Positions 26,478 to 37,398 of a stretch of DNA of 64,000 nt are shown in pieces. The position numbers and the translations under genes were made by a program. The notes below the pieces were generated by a model. It saw only the letters and a program-made list of their open reading frames with translations. It was not told the origin of the DNA and did not search any database. Source of the stretch: Daphnia carinata (lineage: Eukaryota); contig NC_081331.1 in NCBI RefSeq assembly GCF_022539665.2, positions 6,324,001 through 6,388,000 on the forward strand, written 5' to 3'. Within the stretch, counting starts at the first letter, position 1. Each line of letters starts with the position of its first letter.

Positions 26478-28004
26478 TTAGTCAAGAGACCAAACACGAA
26501 TGTAATCGACCAACATGTGACTGTCTTCCGGATTGCGGGTCCAAGTTGGGTACCATTGGTTCCTCGCCTCCCAGAAAGGTTTCATCTGCACGGTGTCTGC
26601 CGTGCTCCACGGCTTAGGGGTTACCTCTCCTTGATCATTGTAATTGAGGCAGCGATCAGGAAAGTAGTCGCCTCCAGCCGCCACCTTGAAGATGAAATGG
26701 AACTATCCAATATAAAATATATCTCGTTAGTTTGGTCCAATTGATTCCTTTCGTTTTGTAGAAGTTCACAATTGAATTTCACATACTTGTTTATCGAAAG
26801 GTGCCATGATTGTGCCGTTTTGCCAAATGTTTGTACCGCTGGAACCGCCCAATTTCCAGAAACCCCCAGCAGGAGGATATACGGATCCGACCACTTCATC
26901 GTCTATGAGTAAGACAATGCCAGTCGGTAGCCAGCGCAAACCGTAAGTATGAAACTCGGTTGCAAACGAGCCGTCCGTTAGAAACCTGATATGCAGTTCA
27001 ATGTAGATATTCCAACCAAAGTGAAATCATTGCATAAAAAAAAGTAGGATAAATAAAAATAAAAAAGGCAAACTTACTTTGACCACCTGGTTTTGGCGTA
27101 CTTGTCTGCCGTCTTGCTTGGACCCCAATGCAAAGTCGAATTGGCTCGTCGGTTACCGCTTATGTATCCATCACATTCCATTTTGTCATTTCCACGGATC
27201 TCAACCATATCGATTTCACCCGATCTCGGCCAACCTCCGTAATCATTATCAGTCGGTAACATCCACAGGGCTTCAAGCGCACAGCAAAAGCAAATAAAAA
27301 TTCATTGAATTAAAAAAATGAAAAATGAAAGACTTACATGGCCAAAGCCAATCTCCTCGCGAAAGTTTTGCTCGAATTTCAACAGTTCCGTAAGTGAAAC
27401 TGAAAGAATTGATGGTTCTTATCCTTGCCGACTGGATCGGGTTGATGATGTCTCCATTAAGTCCACCTTTCCTGTATGGTTTCAAGATGCAATTCAAAAT
27501 ACAAGTATATGGAACACAGCGTTCATAAAAAGAAAATTGCAAACCTGAGGCAACTGCTGGTAAAATTTTCGGGACCGATAAAGTTGCATCCTTCCGCTGT
27601 TAAATTAAGCGTACCATTGTACAAGAACGATTCGCTAAACCGGTCCGCCGTGAACGTTGGAACAATATGTAATATTCCATCTTTGACATAGCTTTTATTT
27701 AAAAAATAATAATAACATTTCTTTAACACGCAAGACGAACAACAATGGACGTAGTAAACAAACAGTATACGCACCTATTTTCAGTGCGGTTAGTGTAGTA
27801 TTGGAACTGGCTCTGACCACCACGCCATGAAGTTATCATATGCTGCCAAGTTGACCTGTTCAGCGTATCGAAATTGTCTTCGAAAATCAATGTGGGTACC
27901 GCAGTGGCTCCCGAAATTTGATTCGAGAAGAGTGAAAACAACAGTACCAGCACGGTGGTCCGAAGTGCAGCAGAGACTGGCGTTCTATTGCATTGCAGAG
28001 CCAT
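26478..28004 (-). CDS. GH16 beta-1,3-glucanase / beta-glucan-binding protein (GNBP/LGBP family)
   Basis: Exons 28004-27775, 27691-27545, 27471-27338, 27270-27078, 26985-26787, 26702-26478. Signal peptide, LIFEDNFD, FQYY, GDWLWP, WPRSGEIDMVE, MAPFD, VDYIRVW. Confidence 0.95.
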
Positions 28005-28058
28005 TACGACGCTTGCGAGAAGTACGATGAGCTTAGTAACACTGGTTTCCCAACCGAC

Positions 28059-28067
28059 CTATATATA
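28059..28067 (-). promoter_or_regulatory. Candidate TATA box of the GH16 gene
   Basis: TATATATAG on the minus strand about 55 nt upstream of the ATG. Confidence 0.4.
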
Positions 28068-28666
28068 CGCTATTTCCCGGTTTTTGTGTAGTATCTGGAG
28101 TTCGATCACGAAGCAGGTTTATTATGAAAACACTGTCATAACTTTGCCTCTTGGGTCAGCCAGTACGACATAAAATTCTTGTCAACAGGCTTGTTAATGC
28201 CATTTCCTATTGCGTTTTAAACGGATTGTAATAGCCTTCCTAGCTTGTATAATATTATTAAATAACGTGACAATGCTTAATATCCCAGCAATTTGCTCGT
28301 TCCTTTTTTTTTCCAACAATACTGAATTATTCAGAAAACATATGGCAACAGACGGACTGCATAAACCTCGCACATCTGTCTATCACACACTTGGACACGG
28401 TTGCAATGACCTAAGTAAACTTTGTGCCCCCATAAGTATTCGTATGAATCATTGTAACACGCCTGCTGCAATGTGTCGCACGTCCGCATGCGAACGTCCT
28501 GGACCATAGGAGACACCCATTACAGGAGGTTGTATGTGTTCCGTTTTGTGGCTTTGGGTAGGGGAATGGGAATCAAATTTTTCTCCTTCTTCAATTAAAC
28601 AACTACAGCTAATGAAAGATAAGCTGAGAGTGCATTTCAATAAAATATGATTTTCTACGTTTCATG

Positions 28667-28770
28667 TCTCCAGTGGCGCAGTTGGTTAGCGCAAGGTACT
28701 TATATGACAGTAATATCTAAAGCGTAAACAAGATATGCCGAGGTCGCGAGTTCAAGCCTCGCCTGGAGAA
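28667..28770 (+). tRNA. tRNA-Ile(TAT) with 30-nt intron (28705-28734)
   Basis: TCTCCAG/CTGGAGA acceptor, TGGCGCAGTTGG A box, GGTA-CT TAT A then intron at position 37/38, GAGTTCAAGCC B box, TTTT downstream. Metazoan Ile-TAT genes typically carry an intron. Confidence 0.9.
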
Positions 28771-29444
28771 TAATTTTACCCCTGCACTGCTTTTGCCTTA
28801 TAAGTATGATATTTCCTATCGCATAAGGGGAATTGTTTATAAACTGGAGATACTTTGAGGGTCATTCTGAAGACCCACAAGGACTGAATGGAAATCCAAT
28901 TATTAATAAATAAAACAAAGACAAAAAACTGATTTTAAATTTTGTTTGTAATTAACTGACAGAACAGTAAATTAACATTAACAATATTTTGTTTGTAATC
29001 CACTGACAGAACAGTGAATTACCATTAGCCGAACGAGAACCACAACAAAAGTATAAGAAAAAAGAAAGAAATGGGAAAGAAAAAGGGAAGCAAAATGGAA
29101 GAAAAAGGGATGAAAAAGGGAAGAAAAAGATGGGATGCTTGCTCAGATGTCTCCACAGTAACGCACTTCCAGAACTGCTTGGCTCATTTAAGGAAAAATT
29201 CCCCCCTAAAGGTAATTACGCATTGTCGCAGAGGTGAGGGCCAACCTGTTGACTCTGCCATCACCACGAGACAATCAACTCTCGTGATGGTCTTCTTCCG
29301 GCGAGTGCGTGCTAGTGAGGGATGACAATATTGCTCGCCATCCGGCCACTTGCAACGCAAGCTTGTGCCATGAAGAAGACAATTGAAACAGAAAGAAAAC
29401 ATGAATTGGTTAGCCCCCACATACGACAACGAACAACTCCGTTT

Positions 29445-30424
29445 ACGGGTTCACCGCCCAGCTCTTTTGGTTTGCTACTGGGGAAGGACATCTTCACAAG
29501 TTGAGAATTAGAGAAAAGCCGAAAACAAGATTAAGCATTTTGGTTTGCATAGTGTTGAAAAAGGAAGGAAAAAGATCATCGATGCACTTACAGAGCTGCA
29601 GCCTCAACGTCAGGAACATGGGGACCACTAACTGTCTCCGGTTCGCAGCTAGCAGGTTCATGTATCGGCTCTGAAATCTTCACATCGTTGTCGACGGTCG
29701 GTTCATCCACAGGTACGACAGACTCGTCAGTCTTTTCGACCTTGTGGATTTTGCGCACCGCCGGTCGGATAGATGGAACGTATGTGCTAGCTGGAACAGG
29801 TCTCGCCCGGAAGGGAACGGGTTTCACTTTTTCTGGTTGGGAGGTTTGAACCATGATCTTCTTGGCCGATGAATGAGGCTCCTGCTTAAATGCCGAACAA
29901 TCCTTTGGAAGTTTGTAGGTGCTCAAAGGAACAGGATTGGCCCGGAAAGGTTTACGCACAAAATCCTCCAGAGTCTTCTTTTTCCCTGGAAGGGGTTTAA
30001 TGGCGAAGAGTCTGTCCGTCCGATCCATCGTCTTTGGCTTCACTGGTTTTGCCTGCCCGGCCGTACGACTGGTGGTAATATCTGGTTTCTGCACTGGTGC
30101 TGTTGATTTAACTTGCACCTTCTGGGTTCTGGTGGCAGTTGCAGTTTTAAGGCAAGCCGAAACGGCCGAGGAATCGTGATGAGTGCGGATCTTGTTGGCA
30201 TGGCTCACGTTGGCAGGTACTGAGCGTTTCTGGTGGCCGACGGCGGGGTCAATCTTGCGGGAATCTTTGCCGGGTTTTTCAGGTGCAGCAGGAACGCTGG
30301 TGTCTGGTAATTTGGTAACAGATTTGCGTCCGGTGAAAGAATTGACCCGCGCTGATACATGTGGGAAAGTCTTTTTCGATCCTGGAAGAGGTTTGGGGGA
30401 TGGGAAAGAAGTATTGAAAGCCAT
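29445..30424 (-). CDS. Basic Pro/Lys-rich protein with two TPX2-like PFRAxPVP motifs
   Basis: 278-codon ORF 29588-30424 ending at a gtaagt donor, with a likely short last exon ending near 29445. Repeats KPFRANPVPLSTY and VPFRARPVPASTY. Function is inferred from the motif only. Confidence 0.7.
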
Positions 30425-31032
30425 TTTTGATAACTTTTAAAGTTGCTGAGAGCGTACTTTAATGTCAGAAAAATGTAGATAAATTCGTACGATGTACGAC
30501 TGCTTATGTGGAATTACCTGATACAGATTTTTTTGCGACCGTCGTCCCAACTCCAAATTTCAATTTGAAACATACAATTTCAATAAAATGTCATTAAATT
30601 TTACATTTTCTCGTTTCCATTTGTTTATCACACACAATTCAGACAATAAATTTCATTAGGAATTTTTAGAAAAACGAAAATTTTTCACAAAAATCAACAA
30701 CGATGTGGTTGGGGATTCTTATTCGTGAGTCGACCAATTCGTTCCGCAGTTGGTTCTCCATTTCCAAAATATACAGCATTAAGCATCGTAAACCTGAATA
30801 TAAGCTTTAAGATTTCACGATACTCCGCGCAACGCCGAAAACGAAAGATGCTTGCTATGGAAGCCAAATAGACTTACACTGCGCAGTTCTTTTGTCCCTA
30901 TTATAATTAATTTCACGAGGATATGTACGTATATATATCCAAAACCGTTTATAAACACTGGAGAACGTCATTCTATTTTAGCAGATTGGACACACTCAAC
31001 ACCATGTACTACACCATGTAACTGTTATAATA

Positions 31033-31758
31033 TTACAACATCTTAAATTTAAGGTAAACGAAATCATCCGGGCCAGCATTTGGAAAGGCCTTTTCGTTGC
31101 CAATCCAATGATCCATCAATTTACACTTGTTCAATGTTTCGAATTTCAAACGTTCGAAAATGTTGAGCGTTTCTGGACATACTGTGACACTCTGGATGAA
31201 GTCCAATTGTTTCGCCCGAGCCAATCGAATCGAATGTTGTGCCAAATTTAAAGCTAATCCTCTTCGTTCGAAACCTTCTTTTACACCTAGATAAACGAGA
31301 TCCATTCCTCGCTTCTCTTTCTTTTTTTGGAGGACGTTTTCGGCCATTTGCAACTTCTTCACGCAGGAGTGATAGGCTTCGACGCCTCTATTGGTGGTGG
31401 GGCGGTCAAAAAGCTTTGTATCATCCAAAACGCTATTAATGGCAACACCAACGATCCGATCTTTTTCCATGTCAATTGCCACAAGAGAAACACGTTCACT
31501 AAGGAAACGCGGGATATCTTCTATCAAGCTGAAAGCCCCAAGGCCTATTCCGATTGGTTTTCGTTCACTACTTCTTGGATACGTGTTGTCATATACAAAA
31601 TCAATCATTTGTTGATCACAGTTGGCATCCACAGCTGTTTCAATTTTGACCACTTCAGTCAGAGCTTTCAAGTTGGTGGCAACACCTTGGTAAAGCGAAC
31701 GAGTAATGGTTAACACATGCAGTTTACGAGCCGGCCGTACGTGTAACAGGAGAAACAT
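31033..31758 (-). CDS. GNAT acetyltransferase, arthropod AANAT/Dat-like
   Basis: Single-exon 241 aa. VSLVAID...IVGVAIN strand pair, acetyl-CoA motif LGVKEGFERRGLA, IFERLKFE. Confidence 0.85.
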   Translation of the reverse strand: MFLLLHVRPARKLHVLTITRSLYQGVATNLKALTEVVKIETAVDANCDQQMIDFVYDNTYPRSSERKPIGIGLGAFSLIEDIPRFLSERVSLVAIDMEKDRIVGVAINSVLDDTKLFDRPTTNRGVEAYHSCVKKLQMAENVLQKKKEKRGMDLVYLGVKEGFERRGLALNLAQHSIRLARAKQLDFIQSVTVCPETLNIFERLKFETLNKCKLMDHWIGNEKAFPNAGPDDFVYLKFKML

Positions 31759-32430
31759 TTCGGGAATTACACCTTTAGGTACCTGCGACGAACTAGGACC
31801 TCAAAGTGAATTTCAACGTCAAATCGGTTTGAAGAAAAAAAAATATAATAATTTGTCGTGCCAACTGGAGACCTTAGATTGTAGAACGTTTCTGAACAAC
31901 AGTGTCCCTTTTAAGTGGCAGACTCGTCTCTAGAAGCATTCTCCAAACAACGAAATGTCTTTTATGTTTGCTTGGTCGAAAATTCACCCCCCATTCTCCG
32001 TAGGGGTATATAAGGTGTTTCCGAAGAAAGTTAGATTTAGGTCAAGGAAAACTACCTGTGAGAAGCTAGTGTCATCTTGACCTTGCAATGCTATTAGTAT
32101 TCTAATATCTTGGGAGCAACTCTTACATTTTGTGGCTAAGAATTGGGTGGTTTGGTATGCATATTTGGAACCCTTTTTTTCCACCAATCTAATAAACGTA
32201 TCAAATTAATCGATACTTCAATTGTCATACCAAATTAGTTAATGGTAGTTTTTTTTAACAGTAATTCATCGAACTTAAAATTTAAAAAATCTAAAATTAG
32301 CACCAAATGTTTTTTTAAGAATCTCTTAGTTGTTTAATTCACAAAATGAAACTCAGTGGAGAAATACAATTTGAATTAAGTTTCGTGTCGAAAAGTCGAG
32401 TGCAGAAGAAAAATCCGGTTGCTCAGTCGC

Positions 32431-34415
32431 TTACATAAATCCTTGCATTTCTTTCATAAACTGTGAATACGCATCATCTTTTGTTTTCACAGGAGGTTGA
32501 ACTACTGGCGCGGCTTTACTTGAAACCTAAAGAAACATTTCAATTTCCAAATAATATACGTTCCATTTTAACAGTTTGTAATTGGACGGGTACCTGTACT
32601 TGTGGAGTCCTCCATTCAATGTGTGGATTGGCACTCGATTTAGCAAGATCTTTCTTCGGTGGCATGTCTTTCTTAACTTTTAACGTGGTGGGGACGAATC
32701 TTGTTAAATCTGCGCTAAGATTTCGCATCTGCGGTTTAGCTTCAATGATAGAAGCTGTAGGTTTTGAAGACGGCTTGGACGGGGCGCTAGTGCTCAATTG
32801 CGGTCGACCAGTAAGCATGGATGGTACGCCTGGACGTAGACCTTATTAACAATTCATTAGAAAGAAAATATTAAGAAATGAAAAATACAAATAATATTTA
32901 AGATGTTCACCTGGTGGAGGCGGAGGAGGCATCCCAGGAGGTCGAATAAGCCGTGGTGTTAAACCCTGAGGCATTCTGGGTGGAGGACCTGGTGGTAATC
33001 TAGATCCTGGAATCGGGGGAGGAGCGAATCCACCATATCCCATGGGTGGAGGTGGGCCCATAGAACCATAGGGTCCATAGGCAGGCATCATCGGCGGTCG
33101 TTGAAACTGCCCAGGATGAGGTGGCATATGTGGAGGGTATTTATTGTTATCTAATGAAGGGTCATCGTCAAATTCTCCTGCTTCCATCCGTGCCTTTCTT
33201 GTTTCGTGAGTTATTTGGCGATTCATCTCTTTTTGGCGGTGCAAGTAGTCCATCTCCTGAATAACTGTGTTGACATCCTGACCGGCAATCGCTAACATTC
33301 GCTGTTGAAGTGTTGTAGGCCGCGGTGGTTCGGCAGGTACTGGAACCGGTTTAGCGGTTGCTTCTGAATTATCATCATCGCTTTCAGCATCATCATCTTC
33401 GTCATAATCTTCAGCCATTTCAGCGTCATCTTCTATGGTGTCTTTAGGTAACGCTATGTCTTCAAGAGGAGGGCGAATGAATTGATAGTATGTATGGTAA
33501 GGAGGAAGATCTTCTTCTTCGTCGTCAATTCCTGGAATACCGGGCTCTGCAGTAGCTCCATCACCTTCATCCCAAATATCGTAAATTTCGGGCGGTGGAA
33601 CTGACGGAACACCAGGTGATTTGCGTAACAACCTACCACATAACAAAGTTGATAGTTCGATTTTAATAGAGATTTTTAAAAAGTCATTATTCTACCCATA
33701 GTTGCTGATTTTCTTTAAAATGCCTGGTGGAGCTGGAAGTAATGAGCTTGAAGAACTTGATGAATCCAAGTTTGGCAAAGGAATCTCTTCAAGGTTCACT
33801 GTCTGAGTATGTTTCACTGATTCACAGTATATGATAAGCTCTGCTCTTCGTTTCTCATACTGTACTTCCATAGCTTTGATTTGGGTCCACTGGGTTGGTT
33901 CTTCTTTTTCATAGAGCCTCATAATTCTATTTAATGTATCCCTTAGCTTTTTTCTCTTTTCCTTTAACACTTTTTCACTTAGTGGTGCAGATTGAACTGG
34001 ATTGAACTCCATTTGATCAATTTTTTCCAGTTCTGCAAAGATGGTTGTAGGATCTTTTCCTTTCAACACAGTTTGCCTGACGAGTAACCGTTGTTTCTTA
34101 TTCTTCTTTAATTCACGTCTTCGTGCTTCTTTCCCTGTACACAGAGTCAATATTGTTATGATTAAATTTTAAAGTTTGAATTTCATGAAAAAGTTGCATT
34201 TTAAGGCTGATACTGCAGGAAAATTAAATTTTTGTCAACATTCACTTTGGAAACCAAGAACACATTGAATATGTAGTCATGTCCATTAGGCAAGTTGAAA
34301 AATAGTGAGAAGGCAGTTTGTTTAGAAATGGGAGTCATTCTAAATACTTACGTGCTTGATCAGTTGGATTCATAAATTTTCCACTTTTAGTGGTATTTAT
34401 CGAGCGTTTCCCCAT
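32431..34415 (-). CDS. WBP11: WW domain-binding protein 11 (splicing factor)
   Basis: MGKRSINTTKSGKFMNPTDQARKEARRRELKKNKKQR N-terminus, proline-rich middle, AKPQMRNL..DLTRFVPT, C-terminal TKDDAYSQFMKEM. Exons 34415-34352, 34134-33696, 33632-32911, 32841-~32595, 32526-32431. Confidence 0.97.
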
Positions 34416-34670
34416 TTTTAGTTTTCCAAAGTAGACGAGCCAGAAACCAAACGACAGAAACAACACAAGGATAATAGAAAATTATCGTTTGATTTCAGTC
34501 GATAGATGCATCTATCGGCATTTATACAAGTCTAATCGATCTCTTGTTGCCATGGTTTCTGGATCGGGGAGTAGTCCGCTGTAGTGGTATACCTCTTGCT
34601 TCGGCTGTTTTTCGCACCTGCTCAACTGGTTTAATTATCAGCTCACACATAAGAATTCCAGTATTCAGAG
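34416..34670. promoter_or_regulatory. Bidirectional promoter between WBP11 and TXNDC9
   Basis: Only 255 bp separate the divergent ATGs; perfect 18-bp palindrome CGATAGATGCATCTATCG at 34500-34517. Confidence 0.75.
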
Positions 34671-35539
34671 ATGGATCAAATTCAGAATATTTTGCAAAAC
34701 CAGATATTAAAGGCTGCTGAAGAAAAAATCGATGCTGAGTATTATTTTTTTTTTCTTTTACCTGCTAAAGTGTGAAAGCAATATTTGTTTTCCTATTCAC
34801 AAAGAATTGACAAATTGGACAATTTGACCGAAGATGACTTGGAAGATATTCGACGAAAAAGAGTGCAAGAAATGAAGTTGAGACAACAACAAATGCAGCA
34901 GTGGAAAATTAATGTAATTTTATAAGTGTGTGCTCTTAATTCGAATTTTTAGAATAGCAAGAAATAGTTCTTAATAAAATTATAATAACAAATTTAAAAT
35001 AAATTTTTTCACTCAGGGCCATGGAGAGTATACAGAGATAGCTGAAGAAAAGGAGTTCTTTGAGGTTGCCAAAAAGTCCCCAAACTTTGTGTGTCACTTT
35101 TACAGAGATGACTTTTTTCGATGCAAAGTTATAGACAAACATCTCACTATTTTGGCTAGAAAGCACATGGAGACTAAATTCTGTAAAATCAATGCTGAAA
35201 AGTGTCCTTTCTTGACAGGTATAAAAAATCACTTTAATAGAAATTTCTTGTGTGTTACTGATTATTACTGTTCCCATTACAGAGAGGCTTAGGATTAAAA
35301 CTTTGCCAACACTGGCATTGGTAAAGGATGCAAAAACTAAAGATTATGTGGTGGGTTTTTCCGATTTGGGTAATACGGATGATTTCAGTACTGACGTGTT
35401 AGAATGGAGGATAGCTCATGCTGCGGTTATTGAATATTCTGGTGATCTTTTGGTTCCACCTGGTCAAGCTTCTAAATCTAAATTTAAGATTAAAAACAAA
35501 AAAGCAATACGGGAAAATGAAGACGAAGATTCTGATTGA
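34671..35539 (+). CDS. TXNDC9: Thioredoxin domain-containing protein 9 (phosducin-like 3)
   Basis: Four exons (~34671-34738, 34805-34913, 35017-35218, 35283-35539). [58 protein letters not shown]. Confidence 0.96.
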
Positions 35540-35604
35540 GCAATCACGAAGCATTCCGCATATGCTATATTTCATACTCATTTTGCATCTAATAAATTTC
35601 AGCT

Positions 35605-37398
35605 TCATTTTACATCGCGAATTAATGATTTCACATCTTGCTGGTAAAACATGCTGGCCTTGCCATGAGTCAGCTCGATTATCTTAGCCGCTTCCTGGTA
35701 ATACTTTAAAGCTACTGAGTCGTCATTTGGCGAAACAAGCAACAGAATTTTGAAAATTTTCAACAAGAGTATGGCTGTCAGGGGATGCTCGTTACCATAC
35801 CAATGTTTGTATGCATGAACAAGAGGAAATCCGTATTGAATGGCCGATTCCCATAACTGAAGCTGAACTGCTGAGTCAAAAGCTGCATCCAGAACTTTTG
35901 ATCGGATAAGACATAGATCATGAAACGAATCCTCTTGCTTTGTAAGGCACAATTTGCAAACATCCAAATCTGTCAAACAATCACAAGGCATCAAATAGTG
36001 ACTTGGAACAAAACCAATAAATGTTTTCCCTTTACAATTAGTGTCTTGCATCAGAAGCAACTGTTGCTCGCTAAAATCGGCAGCACTCCAAAATTGCTTA
36101 CTGCATGAGGAATCTAGAAGGAATCCACAGGAGCAAGGAGGAAATTCTTCACCTCTCTGGGAAATGACACGAAACGAAAAGGAGGTTTTTAGAGAGAAAT
36201 GCGTGGTACAGATAGGGTTATACAAATTAACCTTGACTGCAATGGGACTTCGGCAACTTGGACACCTTGCAGCATAATGATAGCAATCAATTTTGCCACA
36301 TCGACACCGTGGACAATCGCAATCAAAGTAATATCTTTCTTTTAACTCCTTTTTTCTGTGGTTCTTGGAATTCATTAAATCAATATAACTGATATGAATG
36401 CAATTCCAGTCAAGTTTTGGCAAGTCTTGAGTAAGTCGGACACTCAGTTTGAAGCCATCAAAAGTTACAACCGCATTCGGGGAACAAGAATGGTCAAGAA
36501 TAGACGGTGCTAGATAAATACCAGTGCCTATTGCTTGCATCTCGCCATTCATGATGTTAAAACTGTTCACGCACATCTGAAAGCATACGTTTAGAAAACG
36601 TGTTTGAGCTGCGAATAAAATGCAATCCATTTAACATACCCGACCGTAAATCCCAAGAAGTTCTACCGCGTTTGGCAAGATCTCGTCACTCAAGTATTCG
36701 TTTAAGACACCACAGATGGTCAGAAAATACTCCATTCGTTTGACATCTTCTTTGATTTCTTTCCGATCTAGTAGGAATACATTCATCAATAACAAACTTA
36801 TTAGTGTAATATCCAATATATGCATTCTTTCTACAAATTTTATTTATATTTGTATTATTTTGTTGTATTTGAATGAGGCTGATCATACGGGACAACAAAT
36901 CTTTGAATTTTCTGGACCAAACAGTTGTTATATGCTCTGACTCCATATCTCCTCCTCGCTATGATCAATACAAATGACCAGTTAAGAGAGGTTTAAGAAA
37001 TTATTAGATTAAATATAAACCTGTAATTTTATTATGAGCCTTGCCATTAGGCGTACTGAATCTGTCGGAATATTTGGCTTCACCTTCAACAAATTTTTAC
37101 ATTCCATTTTGTGATCTTTCCATCCCTCACGCTGGCATACTCTTCCACAGTAAGATACTATCATACAGCCGCAACATTTTCGTAAACTCGAATTCCTACA
37201 GGTAAAGAAACAATGGCCTAATAAGAACCAGAAAAAGGAGCGAATAAACAATACTTTTTCCCGATTTTGAACTTACGCTTTTAAGCAAAAATCACACAAT
37301 TGCCCTCTAAAACTGCTCTTCAAACAATAAACGAAAGGCATTGACTCCATTACAGTAGTTCCCTTACATAATGGTTCATGTTTGCTTGCATTTTTCAT
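35605..37398 (-). CDS. SET and MYND domain lysine methyltransferase (SMYD2/3-like)
   Basis: Split SET with MYND finger (CDFC...CCGC...YCGRVCQREGWKDHKMEC), SILDHSCSPN, post-SET YYFDCDCPRC and helical tail (YGNEHP, THG); about 7 exons. Confidence 0.93.

Noticed and set aside
28939..29027. Two-copy ~47-bp tandem duplication
   Set aside because: An ordinary local duplication in an AT-rich 3' region with no further structure.
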